A stretch of DNA of 64,000 nt, taken from Eledone cirrhosa. Lineage: Eukaryota. Positions 54,205-64,000 of this stretch are shown one piece after another. The notes beneath the pieces were generated by a model, which saw only the letters and a list, made by a program, of their open reading frames with translations, did not search any database and was not told the DNA's origin. Where the stretch lies: contig OZ024749.1 in the NCBI GenBank assembly GCA_964016885.1, positions 56,358,001 to 56,422,000 of the forward strand. Direction: 5' to 3'. The position numbers and the translations under genes were made by a program. The first letter of the stretch is position 1, and every line of letters begins with the position of its first letter.

Positions 54205-55313
54205 ATGTGTGTGTAAATATATATAAAGAAAAATGAAGTTTTGTTTACAAGTATTTAGTCTTTTTATTGTGTATCAATGTATTCCACGTGTTCCACAGAG
54301 GATTGGCTCAAGGTTACTCATAGAAGCTATGGACCCGACTCCATTATCGATCTGCTTTTCAGAAGAGTGATTCAACACAAAATCTATATATATAGTTGTA
54401 AGGTGATTAGCATTAGGAAGAAAACCCAGCCACAGAAAACCTAGCCAAAAATGAAGCATATGAGCAAAACATATTTCTAATGAAATACTTTATATTTTAA
54501 TTAATTAATGAAGAATTTAGGAAGGATTTATTAAAATTATAATTTCATCAAAATGGCAATTGTAACATAACAAAATGTTCCTATATAAAATTATATTTTA
54601 AAGTTTTATTTGCAGATGGCACTCACTCAAGAACTGGCATACCAAAAGAATTCCTGTGAACGGAGCCTTGATGAACACCTACCAGCACACTGAATTCCTC
54701 ATTAAACTCATTACCCTACATTTACTTTACTGACAGCACCTCTGTACATAGCTTACACCACTCTCATAAGTCACTCATCTACATCCAGATTCCTTAAGAA
54801 CCCTTTACAATGGGTGCTTTTATTTCACAGAAAAAGAGGTGGAGTTTCTTTTAGGAACGTTGGTACTAAAAGGGTTAAATATTGTTGAAGACAATTGGTA
54901 TTTCTAAATATGATCACAAGAATGAGCTATGAGTAAAACTGGACATAACTGCTTTTAGTTATTTATTCCAATAAGAGAGGAACGCCACCAAAATTAAATA
55001 CACTATTGTCAATCATTCAATAAACATTCCTTCATAAAATTTTCCATTTCTTATCAATCTTCTATGTTAGGAAGGTTTAGTTTTCACCTTTTGTGTATCA
55101 GAGAATATTGTCTTTAGTGAGAATGTTGTCTTCACCGAGATGGACACCCACATATTTCAATAAACCAATTCTTTATAGTCTAGCACCATGAGAAATACAA
55201 GGAAATATAACTTAATAAATAATGTGAATTTGTTGTGGTTAGCAGGCACACAATTTCTGGCTCATTTCAGCAGTTGTGAACATAGTAATTGAAATATACA
55301 GTGCTTGCAGGTA

Positions 55314-55358
<45 letters not shown>

Positions 55359-55371
55359 ATATATATATATA

Positions 55372-55470
55372 CAGAGTGTCCCCAAAAAATGCACACACAC
55401 TTTGATTAACTGTACAGGCAATATTTATTAGAATTCTGTTGAAGTGAGGATACATTTTTTGGAACACCTG
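55372..55470. mobile_element. Tc1/mariner-like MITE (99 bp)
   Basis: TA on both sides; imperfect TIRs cagagtgtccccaaaaaatg / cattttttggaacacctg. Confidence 0.6.
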
Positions 55471-55636
55471 TATGTATATAAAAGCTAACTAGGAAGGAGT
55501 GATGTTAGAGCTGTGAAATCTTGCATTAAAACAAACAGCAGCTATGTATCATAAAACCTTGTGTGGTTTCAGGCAGTTTCTTATGAAATGATTGAACTTA
55601 ACAAAAGTATCATCATTATTTTTTATATTGAAATAA

Positions 55637-55917
55637 CGGTGGAATGGCAGTATCAGTGGAGGGTCGGACGCCATGCTGGGGTGGTGGATTGGCAGTATCA
55701 GTGGAGGGTCGGACGCCATGCTGGGGTGGTGGATTGGCAGTATCAGTGGAGGGTCGGACGCCATGCTTTGATGCATAGAATTACGGTCCTTGCCATTCAA
55801 ATTTCAAATCCCGCTGAGGTTAACTTTGCCTTTCATCCGTACGGGGTCGATAAAATAAAATCCCAGTAATGCACTGGGGTAATTGCTGGCCTTGTGCCAA
55901 AAGTAGAAACAATTATT
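55637..55917 (+). mobile_element. SINE family A with a triplicated 45-bp head and a TSD of about 19 bp
   Basis: ggtggattggcagtatcagtggagggtcggacgccatgct occurs three times; attatt(t)nttatattgaaat lies on both flanks. Confidence 0.85.
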
Positions 55918-56802
55918 TTTTTATATTGAAATCTCCATGTTAACATCATGGACAGAACTTTGTCAGGCAATGTTTACAGTCAGATCCACTCCTCTCCCTG
56001 ACACAAACACTTTTTAGTTGCTTCTTACAACATGTAGGGATACAGTGTTCCTATTCTAAACCAGATACACACTACCTAATGTCTTCTATAAAGCTCTTCC
56101 AATATAATATGACACTACAGCCCTAGTGAGTAGTAAGTGGTATATGTTGGTCTTCTAAAAGGATGTCAGATCAGAATAATCTTTTGTTTTAGTTTTTTCT
56201 TTCTTTACGATGTATAAAATGCTTTCAGCTGAGAACATCTGCAGCTCTCACAATTAACCATCGTTAAAGAGGGTTGGTGTCTGACATTTATCACGGCAGC
56301 AATCACAGAGAACACAGAACAGGGAACAACTGGAATAAAACTAACTTAAGCAAAACCAATAAAATACACATTCACTACTGTGATGAATACAGAGAGAGGA
56401 GGGAGACACAGAGAGACAGATACAGACAGAGAGAGACAGGCAGAGAAAGACAGAGAGAGATGGATAGAGTGAGGCAGAGATAGAGAGAGAGAGAGAGGAA
56501 GAGCAATAAAAAAGAATAGTTATGTGAGTGTTGAAGAAGAAGATTAGTGTCAGTTGGGTCATTAGTAGAAAGTAGGTGTAGCTTGGTCGTGGATGTTTGG
56601 AGGCTTTACAACAGGTTAAACATACAAACATAGAAAATGGCTCAGTTCATCATCATCATCATAATCATCATCGTCATCATCATCGTCGTCTTCATCATAA
56701 TCGTCATTATAATCGTCATCATCATCACCATCCTCACCATCGTCATCACCATCATCACCATCGTCATCATCACTGTCATCATCATCATTATCCTCCTCCT
56801 CC

Positions 56803-56839
<37 letters not shown>

Positions 56840-57571
56840 TATCCTCCTCATCATCATCATCATCCTCATCATCGTCATCATTCTCCTCCTCATCCTCCTC
56901 ACCATCGTCATCTTAATCATCATCATTGCCATCATCATTATCAGAACTTTTACATCTCTGCCTTTCCAAGCCAACATGGATTGCATAAGACATTTTGATG
57001 TAGTTTTTATGGCTGGGAACCTTTCTTAATGCCAACTGTTTTTAGTGGCTTCCTTTGACACACGAGGACGTGCTGTATGTATTCTAAAATCCTGGCTAAC
57101 ACCATTCAAATAAAATGACAATAGCGAGAGATCTATAACTGTGAGTTCTATAACCAAAGAATAACAGCAACAACAGCAACAAAAAGTATTATACGTCCAT
57201 TATTTAACCATATTATACCCGACAGACACTTGTAGCATAGCAGAGATACTAAGGTGCAAGACAGCAACAATGAAATTGAAGAAATACATTAGCAAATGTA
57301 CAGAGATTTATTGTAAACAGTAAGAACCCTAAAACTAAGTTTCATAATTCTATCACATAGTTTCTGCAGCAATAACTCCACCTATCCACCTCTCTGCTCA
57401 CATTATGCCAACCACTACCTCTACCAATTGTTACTTTTATTGTTTCCTACCCGGAAGAGTTTCTACTTGTAAGAATTCTGGGGTTCAGGTTCCTCTCCAT
57501 CTCACCTCTTGGACACAGCATATTTCTACCTCTGTCACCTCTTTAGCATCTCCAGAAATTCAATTGCCTGC

Positions 57572-57634
<63 letters not shown>

Positions 57635-57822
57635 ATTTATATATATATATTTATAGTAGGGTATAAGTATCGTAGGAGAGGAGGAAGTAGAGAGATACAG
57701 AGAAGTGTGATACAGATTACTAAATGCCAATAGCCGAAGTGGAGTGTGCTCAATGCTTGGGTTAGCAGAGTTAAATATTAGAGAAGATTTAATATTTAGT
57801 ATATTGTTCAAGCAGAGCAGGA

Positions 57823-57922
57823 ATAAGCAAATGAATGAATGAAGGAATTACAAACCATTAAAACAAGTTCTTTATATAAGAACTTGTTTTAATGGTTTGT
57901 AATTCCTTCCTTCATTCATTTG

Positions 57923-57927
<5 letters not shown>
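57823..57927. repeat. Hairpin with 50-bp arms and a 5-nt loop, abutting (TA)n
   Basis: ataagcaaatgaatg..aacaagttctt-tatat-aagaacttgtt..catttgcttat, with 1 mismatch. Confidence 0.92.
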
Positions 57928-57995
<68 letters not shown>

Positions 57996-58212
57996 CTACA
58001 GGACTTTCCTGATGATTTCTTATGAATTAAACAGTTCTAGTCCTGTAGAAGTCATTTCTATAATAAAATGAAACAAAATATGAAGATCTGTGTCCTTTGT
58101 ATATTTATTTTTGTTAAATAATTTTTTAAGGTTTCCTCTTAAAAAATTATTTTTCATTTTATTTTGTTTCTGTTCGTTGTCTTGTCTTTTTTTTTTGTTG
58201 TTAATTTTCTTA

Positions 58213-58254
<42 letters not shown>

Positions 58255-60286
58255 TAGCAGGGAAAGTAAAAGTTAAATGATGATGATGATGATACATACA
58301 TACATACACAATAATTTCCCTTTTCTTCTTAAGTTTCAATGTAAACATATTGCATGAAGTTCACACAAGAATTGAATCAAGTGTTGCCTTAGAAACGTCA
58401 CTAAAGTAACGGGTATTGAGAATGAAAAGACTGGAATCAGAATCAAGTTTGGAAGTTTGGAAATGTTTGTGTGTGTGGAGAACAAAAGATTGACCAAGGA
58501 CAAATCAAAATGGAAATTACTCTGTTAATCACACTCCCGGATATATATCTGGAAGGACCCTAATATGGAATGAAAGAAAGTTGATGATTCAAATGTGACA
58601 ACAGCATCTTATCTAATTTAATTTCAATAGTAACGGTAGCCATGATGAAATTGTAATGGAATGGAATGGAATCATTGATGCAAACTGGGATTTGAATCAA
58701 GGAGTTTTGTCTGCTTCGAAAAGAATCCTATAGTTCCACTCGAAGCAAAGCGTTGGTAAGAAATTGACAAAAGCATTGACAAGGGTTCTAAGACCTGGAG
58801 AAGAAGAGGAAGAAGAGAGGAGGGTCTTCAACAAGAAGTAATGGAGGTATGGGGATCCTTACAAAAGATCAAAACTCAATAAGCTAGGGAATACATTGCA
58901 TACAACAACAAAGATACCTGAATTTCTAATGACAGCCACACCAAGTGAGAAGATAAGACACGACTACAGGAAGTAGAGAAAATATTACGCTCATCATTAT
59001 CATCATCATCAGCATCACGATAGACATTATCATCACCATCATCATTGTCATCATCATCATCATCATCAATATCATCATTATCATCACTATCATCAATATC
59101 ATCATTATCATCACTATCATCAATATCATCATTATCATCACCATCATTATCATCAATATCATCACATGCCTTTCTATTTTTAAAAGCAATATTTGCTGGT
59201 AATATTTTTTTTTTTTTGTAGACATACTATGGATGCAATAATTACATTATTGGTCTACTGTAGTGGAATTAACTTAATTATCTCAAATGATATCGAATCT
59301 ATGAGAATTTGGATGTTATCTATTTCGAGAACAATACCTTACCATCAGTATGAGTAGCAAGTTACAACTGGTTTTAACAGAAAGAGGCGAGAGAATTCTG
59401 GCAGGATATGGCTGGTTTAAATGCTAAAGCGTTAATAACAAAAACTTTAAGATATATTTTTAACACCCTTTAATAATGGTTTCTTATCTGGGCACAAGGC
59501 CTGCAATTTTGGGGGAGGGGAAGTCGATTAAATTGACCCCAGTACGTGACTGGTACTTTATTTTATCGACAGCATAAGGATGAAAGGCAAAGTTAACCTC
59601 GACGGGATTTGAACTCAGATCATAAAGGGCCAGATCATATGCTGCAAAGCATGGCGTCCGAACCTCTACTGATACTGCCAATCCACCGCCCTCTAATAAT
59701 AAAAACATCAGTTATTTTACTAAAACCTTCTTAATTCTTACTTATTTCCAAAATTCATTGTAACAAATGGATAACATACATTTCATTCCAAATATGGTAA
59801 TGAGAGGGTTAATTAGCTAATACACAGACATGTTATTTTAATTGTACACAATCTAATAGTGCTAGGCTAAATACTATGTAGAGATAGATGCCATTCCCAA
59901 GAGTATTGACTCAGCAGATCACATTGTGTTCATATACAGCTCATTAAGTGTCTCCAAAGAGACATTTGTTCTGATGCTAATATCTTTTGCTAGACATATC
60001 AACCTTACAGATTCTCTCTAGTCATGAGAATACATTTGAAGAGTGGTGTTCTCTCACGGGAGTGCCTCAGCAAAGCAATAGGTGGAGCGCAGTTTAATGC
60101 ATTGCATTATGACAATGTTTGCAGTTGCGTATCTTGCCATGCGTAAATTGTGATGAGATGCATGGGAACGGATCTTTTATCAATACACATAAATACATAT
60201 AAATACATATAAATACACATATAGTTATTATATAAACATTCATGGATAGAGTTACCTACATATAAGCATTTGTATGTGTGTGTGTG

Positions 60287-60326
<40 letters not shown>

Positions 60327-60713
60327 AAAGCAATTGTAAATATATATACATATGTACTGGGCATATACAAATACATATATCATCAGATAATAATTATAAT
60401 AGTTTCTGCTTTAGGCACAAGGCCAACAATATTCACAGCAAATCTCACCAAGGCCATTCTCATCTCCACCACCTAGGGACCTATCCAGTAGGTGCTATCT
60501 CTCTTCCTTCATAACTATTCTAAATACTGAGATGTATTTAAATCTTTGATAATTGCTGGCCTTGTGCCAAAAGTAGAAACAATTATTATGCCTAATTTTA
60601 TAAGAAAGAAAACTCAATTCTTAAGTTAAATATGTATTACACATACGTTGTGTGTGTGTCAGCACAAATAATGAACACACTATAAACAAATATATATATA
60701 TATATATATATAT

Positions 60714-60757
<44 letters not shown>

Positions 60758-61528
60758 ATGTTTAAAGAGACGTTAAATGATGATAAACCTGCATGTTTGT
60801 ACATCATAAGTGCAACTATACCTATAAATATTCACCACCCAGATATTTCAACTGCACACACACACACACGTGCACACACACACAGACACACGTGCACACA
60901 CACAGACACAAACACATACACACAGTCACACTCATACACAGACACACAAAGGCAAAGATGCACAAACATAAACACTCTCTCTCTCACACACTAACACACA
61001 AAAACATGCACAAACATACTCATGCATAGACACACATTCATATACACACACAAATACATACACACACATTCATATACACACACATACACAGACACACACC
61101 TTCATATACACACACAGACACACACATTCATATACATAGTCACATACAGAAAGGAAATTTAAAAAAACATATTTGTACTTAAAATTGTACTTGTTTTTTT
61201 TTTAAAAACAACAAATATTACCCTGGTGCATTTCTATAAAAATACTACCACTACCACAACTACGATCACCACTACAACCACTACCACAGCTACCACTACC
61301 ATAACTACCACAACTACCATCACCATCACCACAACTACCACTACCCCATCACCACCACCACCACCATCGCCATAATAATCACCACCATCACCACCATCAT
61401 TATCATTAATATCATCATCATCAGCAACACAAAGAATCATATACAGAGTATCTTGCCACAGACATATATATATATATATCATCATCACCGTTTTACGTCC
61501 GTTCTTCCACGCTAGCATGGGTTAGACG

Positions 61529-61570
<42 letters not shown>

Positions 61571-61904
61571 ATTCCGGGTTGAATCGGAGGTAACCACAGT
61601 AAGTAAGGTACTCAATGAAACAGTTCTAGTCCTGTAGAATCTCATCTATATTAAAACTATATATATATATAAAGAAAGAGCGAGAGAGAGGGAGGTGGTG
61701 GTTGGTGTGTGCAGTGTATGCAGTATATATGCACTCTGTTCCTTCGGTGCAATAGGAAACTCTCCAGAAAGTTCTATAGCTCCGATTTCCTTCCTAGACT
61801 CGTTCTATACACTGTGTTTGTTTGTTTGTTTGTTTGAAAAACATCATAAATTCACAACCATCTGACATCAACGTTGTCTCTATGGAACAACACACTTCCA
61901 TAAC

Positions 61905-62855
61905 ATACCATAAAGTACCATACCACACCATACCGTACCACACCACATACCATACCATACCGTACCACACCACACCACATAACATACCACATCATATCAC
62001 ACCACACCACATACCATACCACATACCATACCACACCATACCATACCACACCACACCACATACCATACCACATACCATACCATACCACACCACACACCAC
62101 ATACCACACCACATACCATACCACACCATACCACACCACATACCATACCACATACCATACCACATACCATACCACACAACACCACATACCACACCACACC
62201 ACACACCATACCACATCATATCACACCACACCACATACCATACCACATACCATACCACATACCATACCACACCATACCACATACCATACCACATCATATC
62301 ACACCACACCACATACCATACCACATACCATACCATACCACACCATACCACACCACATACCATACCACATCATATCACACCACACCACATACCACACCAC
62401 ATACCATACCATATTCCATACCATACCACACCACATACCACATACCACACACCATACCACACCATACCATACCACACCACACCACACACCACACCACATA
62501 CCATACCACACCATACCATACCACACCATACCACACCACACCACATACCATACCACATACCATAGCACACCACATACCACATCATACCACACCACACCAC
62601 ATACCATACCACATCATATCACACCACACCACATACCATACCACATACCACACCATACCACACGACACCACATAACACACCATACCATACCATACCACAC
62701 CACATACCACACCACATACCACACCATACCATACCATACCATACCATACCATACCATACCATACCACACCACACCACATACCACACCATACCATACCACA
62801 TACCACACCATACCACACCACATACCACACCACATACCATACTGTACCGTACCAC
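61905..62855. repeat. (CCATA/CCACA)n pentanucleotide array
   Basis: Direct inspection. Confidence 0.95.
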
Positions 62856-63701
62856 ACAGAAGAATATAAGTAACATCCCTTTGTTGCTTTTCCTTCTCTC
62901 TCTCTCACTCTGTTTCACTACCACTCTCTCTCTCTCACTCTGTCTCACTACCACTCTCTCTCTCTCACTCTGTCTCGCTACCTCTCTCTCTCTCTCACTC
63001 TGTCTCACTACCTCTCTCTCTGTCTCACTACCACTCTCTCTCTCTCACTCTGTCTCACTACCTCTCTCTCTCTCACAGTTTCTTCTCTCTCTCTATCCAT
63101 CGTTGTCGACATCGTCTCTATGGAACATCACACACGCAAGAATATAAGTTGTTTTTTCCTTCTCTCTATCTTTGTCTATCTATCAGTCTGTCTTATGAAA
63201 GGTGGGTGAAAGTGGCGAGAATGGCCCGAGTGAAAGGGCCTTCTCTCTATATCAGCCGGTAGGTTGAGGAAAAGGAGGAGGAGAGGAAAGGAGTACAAAC
63301 TCTTTGTACTCCTGGAGATGAGGGTTGCACATTTTTTCGGGGGTATGTGTTACCCATATGAACTGTCTCCCCCTATTGGGGAAAATCGACTAATTTTTTT
63401 AATTCCATTTGTGATAACATTTTACACGTTTTTATTGTATGTAAACTTCCCCCTTTGTATTTGTCCCCTTCTTTTGTGCCCCTGTGGCTAATAAAGAAAC
63501 ATATCTATCAGTCTGTCTGTCTGTCTATCTATCTGTCTATCTACCTATCTATTTATCTTCTCTCTCCCTCACTTTCTTCTCTCTCTCTCTCTCTCTCTCT
63601 CTCAGAATGTATGACTGCCTCTCTCTCTCTATGTCTGCCTGATTCTCTTTTATCAATAGGACTTTCTTATAGTTATTTATTTTCATAACAACAACAATGT
63701 A

Positions 63702-63735
<34 letters not shown>

Positions 63736-64000
63736 GCTGTTGTTTTACAGATGAGGAAGTAAAATGTTGTCAGACGTATTTCTATTATCATTTTCCCCAT
63801 CTTTATTATCATCGCTAGTCAATATTGTTAGTGTCATCAATCTCATCATCATCATCATCATCATCATCATGTTCATTATTGTCATCATCATAACCATCAT
63901 CACCATCATTGTCATCATCATCATAACCATCATCGCCATCATATAATCATCATCATCATTGCCATCATCATCATCATATAATCATCATCATCATCTGCAA

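Noticed and set aside
54274-54459. 63-bp-scale non-repetitive stretch in a 61-aa ORF (..EKQIDNGVGSIASMSNLEPILCG..) as a possible upstream IFT80 exon
   Set aside because: There is no convincing match to the expected IAFIDKNRDL-containing exon and no clear splice sites.
58380-58925. Purine-rich non-repetitive stretch that looks coding
   Set aside because: It has frequent stops and no recognisable motif. It may be a decayed TE but cannot be supported.

Overview
AT-rich, microsatellite-saturated eukaryotic DNA. The repeat landscape (tRNA-head SINEs with (ATT)n or (GAT)n tails, very large (TA)n tracts) suggests a coleoid cephalopod such as Octopus, but this is an inference. The whole window appears to lie inside one minus-strand gene, IFT80/WDR56. 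Four phase-compatible GT-AG coding exons are visible (49733-49586, 40073-39902, 34245-34156, 16963-16791), and the flanking exons were not found in the window. Almost all ORFs in the supplied track are simple-repeat artefacts. The introns hold two SINE families, RTE, CRE-like and Penelope-like retroelement relics, piggyBac-like and Tc1/mariner-like MITEs, and minisatellites that arose inside TE sequence. Two features stand out. First, there is a recurrent set of (TA)n-anchored fold-back palindromes, several carrying hammerhead-ribozyme-like cores, which fits a (TA)n-targeting Penelope-like retroelement system; the best hammerhead core lies on the IFT80 sense strand. Second, there are four degenerate copies of the 3' half of an IFT80 exon, three of which keep the splice donor. 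Repeat boundaries were read by eye and are approximate.
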